Source: a virus
Direction: 5' to 3' (one strand)
Virus record (IMG/VR): IMGVR_UViG_3300002164_000001
Coordinates: 1 to 43,923 of that record
DNA length: 43,923 nucleotides
Shown here: positions 17,477-26,366 of the stretch, piece after piece
How positions within the stretch are numbered: the first letter of the stretch is position 1
Layout of the letters: every line of letters begins with the position of its first letter
Program-made: the position numbers and the translations under genes
The notes under the pieces: generated by a model
What the model was told of the DNA's origin: nothing
Seen by the model: the letters and a program-made list of their open reading frames with translations, nothing else
Database searches by the model: none

Positions 17477-18736
17477 GTGATGCATATGGTTAAAAGAAAG
17501 AAGATTTCCTTAAAGAAAGTTGTAGGTAAACATTATAATAGATTTTGGAGATTCAAAGGTAGATATAGAGTTGTAAAAGGAAGTCGTGCTTCCAAGAAAT
17601 CAAAGACAACTGCACTTTGGTATATTTCTAACATGATGAAATATTCAAGTGCAAATACCCTGGTAATCAGGAAGACGTTCAGAACATTAAAAGATTCATG
17701 TTTTACTGAATTGAAATGGGCAATTAATAGACTTGGGGTTTCTGAACATTGGGATATAAAAGAATCACCACTTGAAATGACTTATATTCCAACAGGTCAA
17801 AAGATTTATTTTAGGGGTCTTGATGATCCATTAAAAGTTACTTCAATCACAGTAGAAGTTGGTTCATTATGTTGGATGTGGATTGAAGAAGCTTATGAAA
17901 TCATGAACGAATCAGATTTTGACATGATAGATGAATCTATTCGTGGTCAAGTTGAAGATGGATTGTTCAAGCAAATTACACTTACATTCAACCCTTGGAA
18001 TGAACATCACTGGATAAAGAAAAGGTTCTTTGATGCTGAACCTGATCCTGATATACTTGCACTTACCACTAATTACAAAATGAATGAATTCTTGGATGCT
18101 GCAGATAAGAAATTGTTTGAAACAATGAAGAAAAACAATCCAAGAAGATATAAGGTTGCAGGTCTTGGTGATTGGGGTATTGTTGAAGGTCTTGTATTTG
18201 AGAATTGGGAAGAAAAAGCATTTAACCTGGAAACTATTAAGAAAATCAAAGGTATCAAATCAGCATTTGGTCTTGACTTTGGATATACCAATGATCCTTC
18301 TGCCCTATTTTGTGGAATGGTAGATGTTGAAGGAAAAAGGATCTATGTATTTGATGAAATGTACCAGGAAGGAATGTCAAATGAAGCAATCTATGAAGAA
18401 GTCACAGAAATGGGTTACAGGAAGGAAAGAATTCGTGCTGATAGTGCTGAACCAAAGTCCATTGATAGATTAAGAATATTGGGTCTTTCAAATATCAGGG
18501 GTGCGAGAAAAGGAAAAGACAGTGTAAATAATGGAATTGATTACATTCAAGATTTTAAGATTATCATTCATCCTAAATGTGTAAACTTCATAACTGAAAT
18601 AAGTAACTATACTTGGGATAAAGATAAGTTTGGAAAGAAAATAAATAAACCAATTGATGACTTCAACCACTTGATGGATGCAATGAGATATGCACTTGAA
18701 GACTTCATCAAAGGTGAAACATTTAGTTTTGATTAG
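17477..18736 (+). CDS. terL: Terminase large subunit (PBSX/XtmB-like)
   Basis: Walker-A-like KGSRASKKSKT, size about 415 aa, and position between terS and the portal gene. The probable start is the ATG at 17486. Confidence 0.85.
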   Translation: MMHMVKRKKISLKKVVGKHYNRFWRFKGRYRVVKGSRASKKSKTTALWYISNMMKYSSANTLVIRKTFRTLKDSCFTELKWAINRLGVSEHWDIKESPLEMTYIPTGQKIYFRGLDDPLKVTSITVEVGSLCWMWIEEAYEIMNESDFDMIDESIRGQVEDGLFKQITLTFNPWNEHHWIKKRFFDAEPDPDILALTTNYKMNEFLDAADKKLFETMKKNNPRRYKVAGLGDWGIVEGLVFENWEEKAFNLETIKKIKGIKSAFGLDFGYTNDPSALFCGMVDVEGKRIYVFDEMYQEGMSNEAIYEEVTEMGYRKERIRADSAEPKSIDRLRILGLSNIRGARKGKDSVNNGIDYIQDFKIIIHPKCVNFITEISNYTWDKDKFGKKINKPIDDFNHLMDAMRYALEDFIKGETFSFD

Positions 18737-18754
18737 TAACATATTAGTAACAAG

Positions 18755-18790
18755 AACCCTTGAAAATATTGTTATTTCAAGGGTTTTATT
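18755..18790 (+). terminator. Rho-independent terminator-like hairpin
   Basis: Stem aacccttgaaa / tttcaagggtt, followed by tttta. Confidence 0.6.
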
Positions 18791-18830
18791 ATATTAGGTC
18801 ATAAATTTGTATGAAAGGTGGTGAATTAGC

Positions 18831-20336
18831 ATGTTTCAATTTCTGTCTATTGAATCAGGAACTGAATATATAAATAACATTATCCAACAAGGAGCTGCTG
18901 CAAGAATAACTGATGAAAGATTTATTGAACTTGAAATTCAAAGGTTCAAAGCTTCAAGAAGAAGAAAAGAAATGATTGATGGTGAAAGGTATTATGAAGG
19001 TAACCATGATATTTTAAGAAGAAAAAGAACTGTCATTGGTGAAGGTGGAAAGCTTGAAAATGTTGATAACCTTCCAAATAACAGAATTGTTGATAATCAG
19101 TATGGAAAAATGGTTGATCAAAAGAAAAACTATTTATTGGGTCAACCTATTGCATTTAATACTGAAAATGATCTTTACACTAAATTATTAAAGAAAATAT
19201 TCAATAAAAGATTTCAAAGGCTAATCAAGAATGTTGGTGAAGATTCCTTAAATGGTGGTATTGGTTGGATAATGCCCTATTACAATGAACATGGTGAATT
19301 CACCTTTAAGAGATTCAAACCTTATGAAATTATACCAGGATGGGCAGATGCAGATCATACAATCTTGGAATATGCAATCAGGATTTATGAAGTTATTGCT
19401 TATGAAGGTGAAACAGAAAAGATTATTGAAAAGGTTGAAGTCTATGATGAAAATGGTATTTATAGATTTGAATTAAGAGATGGAAGACTTGTTCCTGATG
19501 AAATACCTTTCAGCAACTACTTTATTACTATTACAGAAGATGGTGATCAAGTAATTGAACAAGGTTGGAATTGGGCAAAGGTACCCCTTATCCCCTGGAA
19601 GTATAATTCAAAAGAAATTCCATTGATAAGAAAAATAAAGTCATTGCAGGATGGATTGAACTTAATTCTTTCTAACTTCCAAAATAACATGGAAGAAGAT
19701 GCAAGAAATACAATCTTAATACTGGTCAACTATGATGGTGAAAATCTTGGTGAATTTAGAAAGAACCTAACAACTTATGGTGCAGTTAAAGTTAAAACTG
19801 TTGATGGTGCAGGTGGTGATGTTAAAACACTACAGGTTGAAGTCAATGCTGAAAACTACAAAGCAATACTTGAAATATTCAAGAAAGCAATCATTGAGAA
19901 TGCAAAAGGTTATGATGCAAAAGATGACAGGCTTGCAGGTCAACCAAATCAAATGAATATTCAGTCCATGTATTCTGATATTGAACTTGATGCAAATGAA
20001 ATGGAAACTGAATTCCAGGCTTCCTTTGAAGAATTGCTTTGGTTTGTTGATGTTCACTTATTTAATGCAGGATTTGGAGATTTTGAGAATGAAGAAGTTG
20101 AAGTTATATTTAACAGGGATATTATGATTAGTGAATCAGAAGTCATTTCTAACATTAAAGATTCAGTTGGAATTCTTTCTGATGAAACACTTATTTCACA
20201 ACATCCTTGGGTTGATGATCCACAACTTGAACTTGAAAGAAAGGCAGCAGAAAAGGAAAAAGAACTTGATGAATATAGCAGAGCTTTTCCTTTTCACAAT
20301 CAAAGGGTTGAAGATGGTGATGTAAATGAAGAATAG
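18831..20336 (+). CDS. Portal protein (SPP1 gp6-like)
   Basis: 501 aa, immediately after terL and before the MuF-like gene. Confidence 0.8.
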   Translation: MFQFLSIESGTEYINNIIQQGAAARITDERFIELEIQRFKASRRRKEMIDGERYYEGNHDILRRKRTVIGEGGKLENVDNLPNNRIVDNQYGKMVDQKKNYLLGQPIAFNTENDLYTKLLKKIFNKRFQRLIKNVGEDSLNGGIGWIMPYYNEHGEFTFKRFKPYEIIPGWADADHTILEYAIRIYEVIAYEGETEKIIEKVEVYDENGIYRFELRDGRLVPDEIPFSNYFITITEDGDQVIEQGWNWAKVPLIPWKYNSKEIPLIRKIKSLQDGLNLILSNFQNNMEEDARNTILILVNYDGENLGEFRKNLTTYGAVKVKTVDGAGGDVKTLQVEVNAENYKAILEIFKKAIIENAKGYDAKDDRLAGQPNQMNIQSMYSDIELDANEMETEFQASFEELLWFVDVHLFNAGFGDFENEEVEVIFNRDIMISESEVISNIKDSVGILSDETLISQHPWVDDPQLELERKAAEKEKELDEYSRAFPFHNQRVEDGDVNEE

Positions 20337-22200
20337 TTCATACTGGAAAAAAAGATTTGAATATCTTGAACAGCTTGAACATAAAGAAGCTTCTTCCCTA
20401 CTTCATCAACTGGAAGATCATTATAGGAAAGCACAAAGAGAAATTGAAGGTAAAATTCAAGTTTGGTATCAACGATTTGCTGACAACAATCAAATCAGCA
20501 TGGCAGAAGCAAGGAAATGGTTGACTACAAAAGAACTGGCTGAATTCAAATGGGATGTTAAAGAATATATCAAGTATGGTGAACAGAATGAACTTAATCA
20601 ACAATGGATGAAAGAACTTGAAAATGCATCAGCAAGGTATCATATTTCAAGGTTGGATGCGTTGAAGATTCAAACTCAACAATCACTTGAAGTTCTTTAT
20701 GGAAACCAAATTGATGAAGTGGATTCTTTGATGAAAAAAATATATTCAAAAGGTTATTATCATACATTGTATGAACTTCAAAAAGGGTTCAATATTGGTT
20801 GGGATATTGCTTCAATAGATGAAAGAAAATTACAAAGGATAATCAAAAAACCTTGGGCAGTAGATGGAAGAAATTTTAGTGATAGGATTTGGAATAATAA
20901 ATCAAAGTTAGTCAATGAATTGCACAATGAACTTACTCAAATGACTATCCTTGGAAAAGCACCTGATGAAGCAATCAGCAATATAGCAAGGAAAATGAAT
21001 ACTTCCAAGACTAATGCAGGAAGATTGGTTATGACAGAATCAGCTTACTTTTCTTCTGTTTCTCAAAAGGATGCATTTAATGATCTTGAAGTTGAAATGT
21101 ATGAAATTGTTGCAACCCTGGACAGTAGGACATCAGATATATGTCAAGAACTTGATGGTAAAGTCTTTAATATGAAGGACTATGAAGCAGGGGTTACTGC
21201 CCCACCCTTCCATGTTTATTGTAGAACAACCACTGTTCCCTATTTTGATGATGAATTCAATGTTGGGGAAAGAGCAGCAAGAGATCCTGAAACGGGAAAG
21301 ACTTATTATGTACCTTCAAATATGACTTATCCACAATGGAAAGAAAGTTTTGTGGATAAAGGTAGTAAATCAGGATTGAATGAAGTCGATCCAGTTGCTA
21401 TAATAAAAGATGAAAGACTGAAAGAATTTAAGAAGTTTTATGAAGATTGGGATGGGAATAATGTCAAACCACTTGCAGTTAAAGTTGTTAATCATGAGAA
21501 TTTACCCCTAAAAGTTAATAGACATAAAATATCAGCACATGGTCAATGTCAATTAAGTTATAGTGATCCTGAAATGAAAATATTGACCTTTGAACTTAAT
21601 AGTAAAGATTTAAGAAGTAAAGAATATCAGGTTAAAACAATATTTCATGAATTATTTCATGCAAAGTCACATGGTATTAAACATGATATAGGAAGTATTT
21701 CATTTAGAGATTGGGCATACCTTGATGATGTGTTTGCAGAAGTAACTGCACACTATATGAACAAGTCAATTGGTATTACAAAAGAAATTACACCAAGTTA
21801 TGCAAGACATCTAATTGATACACTTCCAAAACTTAAAAAACTTCCTGAATTTAAGTCTTGTAATACAATAGCTGATTTTGGAAAAGTTGCGTATAATTAT
21901 AGGTTTTCTACTAACAATAATGCTGAATGGAAATCAATGTGGAATGCATTAAATAAGATTGATCATAACATGATAGATTATAGTAAAGATTATCTTGATT
22001 ATATTACTAAAAACAAAAGTAAATTAGTTGATCAATTGCTTGAAAATATGCCCCAGTATTCAGCATATAAAAATAATATGATTGATGATCTTACTAATGC
22101 TATTGATGACATAAATAATGGATTTAATGTAAGTGGTAATAGGCAAATGGTATTTGAACAGGCTTTAATTATTTCAATGAATAGATTGGGGGTAAAGTAA
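20326..22200 (+). CDS. Minor head protein with a MuF/SPP1-gp7 domain, fused to a C-terminal HExxH domain of about 280 aa
   Basis: MuF signature TLDSRTSDICQELDGKVF...PPFHVYCRTT. The C-terminal region carries HELFH (nt 21646-21660) with a Glu about 27 residues later (VFAEV). Confidence 0.8.
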   Translation: MKNSSYWKKRFEYLEQLEHKEASSLLHQLEDHYRKAQREIEGKIQVWYQRFADNNQISMAEARKWLTTKELAEFKWDVKEYIKYGEQNELNQQWMKELENASARYHISRLDALKIQTQQSLEVLYGNQIDEVDSLMKKIYSKGYYHTLYELQKGFNIGWDIASIDERKLQRIIKKPWAVDGRNFSDRIWNNKSKLVNELHNELTQMTILGKAPDEAISNIARKMNTSKTNAGRLVMTESAYFSSVSQKDAFNDLEVEMYEIVATLDSRTSDICQELDGKVFNMKDYEAGVTAPPFHVYCRTTTVPYFDDEFNVGERAARDPETGKTYYVPSNMTYPQWKESFVDKGSKSGLNEVDPVAIIKDERLKEFKKFYEDWDGNNVKPLAVKVVNHENLPLKVNRHKISAHGQCQLSYSDPEMKILTFELNSKDLRSKEYQVKTIFHELFHAKSHGIKHDIGSISFRDWAYLDDVFAEVTAHYMNKSIGITKEITPSYARHLIDTLPKLKKLPEFKSCNTIADFGKVAYNYRFSTNNNAEWKSMWNALNKIDHNMIDYSKDYLDYITKNKSKLVDQLLENMPQYSAYKNNMIDDLTNAIDDINNGFNVSGNRQMVFEQALIISMNRLGVK

Positions 22201-22201
22201 A

Positions 22202-22393
22202 ATGATTTATATTCCAAAAGAGTGGATGAAGGATGAAAAGAATGAACAAAAAATTCATGAAATATTTAATGAATATCTTTACACTGATTTGAATCTTGAT
22301 AATAATGTTCGATTAGCAATTCAAGAATTAAATAACATAGGTGAAACCATTATTATTGAAAAAATAAGAGATGGAACAATAAGCATCTTGTAA
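22202..22393 (+). CDS. Hypothetical 63-aa protein (candidate immunity partner of the MuF C-terminal domain)
   Basis: Its start lies 2 nt after the MuF stop, and a terminator follows immediately. The functional call rests on position alone. Confidence 0.5.
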   Translation: MIYIPKEWMKDEKNEQKIHEIFNEYLYTDLNLDNNVRLAIQELNNIGETIIIEKIRDGTISIL

Positions 22394-22413
22394 AAATTAC
22401 AGGGTGCTTTTTT
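22382..22413 (+). terminator. Rho-independent terminator
   Basis: 10-bp stem agcatcttgt / acagggtgct (two G-U pairs), then tttttt. The stop codon sits in the loop. Confidence 0.65.
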
Positions 22414-22715
22414 CATGGAAACATTGAAAAATCAAGGGTACTAAAGTATCAATGACCTTCTAAAAGTCGCTTAAATCGGCTTATATGAGGTCATTTTTTC
22501 ATGGGTTTTTCACATAAAAGGATGGTGATTAAATATTGAGCAAATCAGGAATCATCAATCAGAATTTTAATGTGAAAGGTAGGTGATCCAATATCTCCCT
22601 AGTGTTTGGGTTAAAACACATTTCATCTTTTTGGTATTGAAGATGTAAAAGAACAAGACAAATAAAACTGGACTGAACCAGGTAAAAAATGAATTTGAAA
22701 GGATGAATATTAAAA

Positions 22716-23321
22716 ATGAAATACGAAGATTTTATTAAGTTAGGACTTAGTGAAGAAGATGCAAAAAAGGCTGCTGAAGCTTCACAGGAAGAATTAAAGG
22801 GTTTTATTCCAAAGGCAAGATTTGATGAAGTGAATAATGAAAAGAAAAAACTTGAAGCAACTGTTGCTGAAAGAGATGAACAACTTGAAACTTTGAAAAA
22901 TTCAACTGGTGATCTTGAAGCTATGAAACAAAAGATTTCTGATCTTCAAGCTGATAATAAAAAGAAGGATGAAGAACATGCTGCTGAAATCAAACAATTA
23001 AAGATTGATGCTGCTGTTTCTGCTGCAATTACTGCTGCAAAAGGAAAGAATGAAAAAGCAGTTAAAGCACTTCTTGAACTGGATGAAGTTGAACTTCTTG
23101 ATGATGGAAGTGTTAAGGGATTGGATGATCAGATTAAAAAACTTCTTGAATCTGATGATACAAAGTTCTTATTTGATACTTCAACCAAGAAAACAACAAT
23201 GAAAGGTGCAAAACCAGGTGAAGCAGGTAATGAAGATCCTGATAATGCAGTTGACATCACAAAAATGTCATATGAAGAATTGGCAGCTTACCTGGAAGAA
23301 AATCCTGATGCAGAAATTTAA
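22716..23321 (+). CDS. Scaffolding protein (GP20-like)
   Basis: Acidic coiled-coil protein of 201 aa directly upstream of the capsid gene. N-terminus FIKLGLSEEDAKKAAE...IPKARFDEV. Confidence 0.75.
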   Translation: MKYEDFIKLGLSEEDAKKAAEASQEELKGFIPKARFDEVNNEKKKLEATVAERDEQLETLKNSTGDLEAMKQKISDLQADNKKKDEEHAAEIKQLKIDAAVSAAITAAKGKNEKAVKALLELDEVELLDDGSVKGLDDQIKKLLESDDTKFLFDTSTKKTTMKGAKPGEAGNEDPDNAVDITKMSYEELAAYLEENPDAEI

Positions 23322-23353
23322 TTAAAAATTGATAAAAGGAAAGGTGAAAATTA

Positions 23354-24424
23354 ATGGCTAAATTTGATTCTAAAAGTTTTAATGAAAGAGCTTTTGGAAA
23401 ATATGTTGATATTGTTCCAAAGCTAAAGAAAAATGAACTGGTTAAATCCAGGGCATTAAAACCAAATAGTCAGATAAGGGAAACATTTAGAGGGCAAACA
23501 GGGGTTGTCTATGCAACTATCCCTATGTATGGAAGAATTGATGGGGATGCCCTGAATTATGATGGTGAAACTGACATTACTGCAACAAGTACAACCACTT
23601 ATGAAAGGGGTGTAATTGTTGTTGGTAGATCTAAAGCATGGGTTGAAACTGATTTTGCAGAAGATGTAACAGAAGGTGCTGGTTTCATGACCAATGTGGC
23701 AAAACAAGTTGCTGAATATTGGGATGAAGTTGACCAAGATACATTACTTGCAATCCTTGAAGGTATCTTCAACATGACTGGTGCAGGAAACTTGAAGTTT
23801 GTTAATGGTCATACTTATGATATTTCTGACAAGGAAACAAATAATGTTGTTGGTGCTGCAACTTTAAATACTGCTATTCAGAAAGCAAGTGGTGACAAGA
23901 AGTCCAAGTTTACAATTGCAATCATGCATTCAACTGTTGCAACAAACCTTGAAAACTTGAAGTTACTTGCTTATATGACTTACACTGATGCAAATGGAAT
24001 TGAAAGACAACTTGAACTTGCAACTTGGAATGGTAGAACAGTAATAATTGATGATGGTATGCCTGTTGAAGAAGTAGAAGAATCAGAAGCAGGTGCAGGT
24101 GATGGATATTATAAATACACCACTTATGTTCTTGGAGATGGTGCGTTTGATTATGAAGATGTTGGAGTAGAAGTTCCATATGCTATGGTTCGTGATGAAT
24201 TTAAGAATGGTGGACAAACAACTCTTGTTTCAAGACAAAGAAAAGTATTTGCACCATATGGTATTAGCTTTACTAAAAATCAAATGGCAACTAATTCCCC
24301 AACAGAAACTGAATTAAAAGATGGTCGAAACTGGGAACTAGTACATGATGGTGGAGCAGGTGCAGCAAGAAAGCACTTTGACCATAAAGCAATCCCAATT
24401 GCTAGAATTATTTCAAGGGGATAA
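23354..24424 (+). CDS. Major capsid protein
   Basis: 356 aa, follows the scaffold gene, strong RBS aaaggaaaggtg. Confidence 0.8.
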   Translation: MAKFDSKSFNERAFGKYVDIVPKLKKNELVKSRALKPNSQIRETFRGQTGVVYATIPMYGRIDGDALNYDGETDITATSTTTYERGVIVVGRSKAWVETDFAEDVTEGAGFMTNVAKQVAEYWDEVDQDTLLAILEGIFNMTGAGNLKFVNGHTYDISDKETNNVVGAATLNTAIQKASGDKKSKFTIAIMHSTVATNLENLKLLAYMTYTDANGIERQLELATWNGRTVIIDDGMPVEEVEESEAGAGDGYYKYTTYVLGDGAFDYEDVGVEVPYAMVRDEFKNGGQTTLVSRQRKVFAPYGISFTKNQMATNSPTETELKDGRNWELVHDGGAGAARKHFDHKAIPIARIISRG

Positions 24425-24443
24425 TCAAAGCTAATCAGAAAGG

Positions 24444-24914
24444 ATGATATGTATGGCACTTGATGAGTTAAAACAAACGGTGCTGAACAATATCATTCCA
24501 TTATTGTCAGGGTCAAGTCTTTCAGAACAGTCCTACCTCCTGGCTGTTCTTGAAAGACTTGAATCCCTTGGTTATAAGATCAAGGAAACTGATAGTTGGA
24601 TGATTGGTTTTTCAGTACAAAAAGTTGAAAATACCATCAAGAATGAATGCAATGTCACTGCTGTTCCTGATGGTTTACGTAATGTATCAATTGACATGAT
24701 TTGTGGTGAAGTATTATTTGCTAAAAAACAAAGTGGACAATTAGAAAATTTTGATTTGGAAACTGCATTAAAATCAGTTCAAACAGGTGATACAACAGTA
24801 ACTTATGCAATTGAAAGTTCAATGACACCTGAACAAAGATTGAACACTCTTATTTCTCATTTATTAACCTATGGGAAGGGTGAATTTGCATGTTATCGGA
24901 AAATCAAGTGGTAA
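24444..24914 (+). CDS. Head-tail connector protein (putative)
   Basis: Called from its position after the capsid gene. The likely start is the ATG at 24453. Confidence 0.55.
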   Translation: MICMALDELKQTVLNNIIPLLSGSSLSEQSYLLAVLERLESLGYKIKETDSWMIGFSVQKVENTIKNECNVTAVPDGLRNVSIDMICGEVLFAKKQSGQLENFDLETALKSVQTGDTTVTYAIESSMTPEQRLNTLISHLLTYGKGEFACYRKIKW

Positions 24915-25264
24915 TGGTTAGAAAAGCAATTGAAAAGACTTATACTGGTAAATGCACCATTACTGAATATCAACCTTACAAGAAAGAAAATAAGTCAACA
25001 GGTAATAAAGAAGTTGATGTTCTTGAAGATCAACCTTGCAAATTATCCTTTGAAAAAATAACTAATATTAATCAAGGTGAAGCTGCTGCATCAGTAATTC
25101 AAATAGCAAAAGTTATGCTTGCACCTGAAATTAAAATCAAACCAGGTTCAAAACTTACTATTACACAAAATGGGGTTACAACTGAATATTCAAACAGTGG
25201 TGAACCTGCAATATATAACACCCATCAAGAAATTATTCTTGAACTATTCAAAGGATGGTCTTAA
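24890..25264 (+). CDS. Head-closure / head-tail adaptor protein (putative)
   Basis: Position and size (124 aa). Confidence 0.5.
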   Translation: MLSENQVVMVRKAIEKTYTGKCTITEYQPYKKENKSTGNKEVDVLEDQPCKLSFEKITNINQGEAAASVIQIAKVMLAPEIKIKPGSKLTITQNGVTTEYSNSGEPAIYNTHQEIILELFKGWS

Positions 25265-25731
25265 TGTCAAGGTTTGGAAGATGTGAATTCAGTGGTTTGA
25301 AAAAACTTCAAAGTAGATTGAACAAATTAGATGATGAAGAAATTAATATATTTATTCAATCATGTGCAAAAGAACTTGCAGCAAGACTTCTTGCAAAAGT
25401 AATTAAAAGAACACCAGTTGGTGAATATCCAAGTAGTTCAGGAAAAAAGGGTGGAACTTTAAGAAGGGGTTGGACAGCAGGAAAGAATCAAAGTGTAAGT
25501 AAGTATGTTTCAGAGTTAGTCATTCATCATTATGGTGGTGTATATGTCATTGAAATAGTAAATCCAGTTGATTATGCATCTTATGTTGAATTTGGTCATA
25601 GAACAAGGAATCATAAAGGTTGGGTAAAGGGAAGATTCATGCTTACTATATCGGAACAAGAAATTGAAAGAGATGCACCAATGATCCTTGAAAGAAAATT
25701 GGAAAAGAAGTTAAGGGAAGTGTTTAGATGA
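25255..25731 (+). CDS. HK97 gp10-like tail-completion/neck protein
   Basis: Pattern LKKLQSRLNKL...AKELAARLLAKVIKRTPV...GTLRRGW, plus position. Confidence 0.6.
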   Translation: MVLMSRFGRCEFSGLKKLQSRLNKLDDEEINIFIQSCAKELAARLLAKVIKRTPVGEYPSSSGKKGGTLRRGWTAGKNQSVSKYVSELVIHHYGGVYVIEIVNPVDYASYVEFGHRTRNHKGWVKGRFMLTISEQEIERDAPMILERKLEKKLREVFR

Positions 25732-26171
25732 TTAATAAAATTATTGATTCAATCAGCATTTCCATTCATTCTGAATTCGGTGACGAATATGAAATTTATA
25801 CAGAAAGTTTGAAACAAGGTTTGAAAGAACCTTGTTTTTTTATTTTCTGCTTGAACCCAACCAATAACCTTTTCAGGAATAACAAGTATTTTAGAACCAA
25901 CCAATTTTGCATTCAATACTTCCCTTCTACTCGTGAACCAAAGGCTGAATGTAATGATGTTCTTGAAAGATTATATGGTTGCCTGGAACTAATAACTATT
26001 AAAGAAAATGAAACAACTGAAAGTTTAACCAGAGGTTCAAGAATGAATGGTGAAATTGTTGATGGTGTTTTAAGCTTCTTTGTGAATTATGACATGTTTG
26101 TTTATAGAGTAGAAGAACCAGGTGAAAACATGGAAGATTTGAATGTAAAAACAGATGCGAAAGGATGGTAA
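25728..26171 (+). CDS. Tail-completion protein (putative)
   Basis: Position immediately before the sheath region. Confidence 0.5.
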   Translation: MINKIIDSISISIHSEFGDEYEIYTESLKQGLKEPCFFIFCLNPTNNLFRNNKYFRTNQFCIQYFPSTREPKAECNDVLERLYGCLELITIKENETTESLTRGSRMNGEIVDGVLSFFVNYDMFVYRVEEPGENMEDLNVKTDAKGW

Positions 26172-26365
26172 TAATGGCAAGTAAAACAAAGAAAACTGAT
26201 AAAACTGTTCAAGAAGTTAAATATTCTAAAGAACAGATTTTATCAGCTAACAAATACAGAAATAGAAAAGACATCCTGAAAAGATTACTTGTTGATGGAA
26301 AAGAATATTCCATCAAGCAAGTGGATTCTTTGATGGGTGATTTCATGAAAGGTAAGGTGAAATAA
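26165..26365 (+). CDS. Hypothetical small protein
   Basis: 66-aa ORF. The likely start is the ATG at 26174. Confidence 0.5.
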   Translation: MVIMASKTKKTDKTVQEVKYSKEQILSANKYRNRKDILKRLLVDGKEYSIKQVDSLMGDFMKGKVK

Positions 26366-26366
26366 T

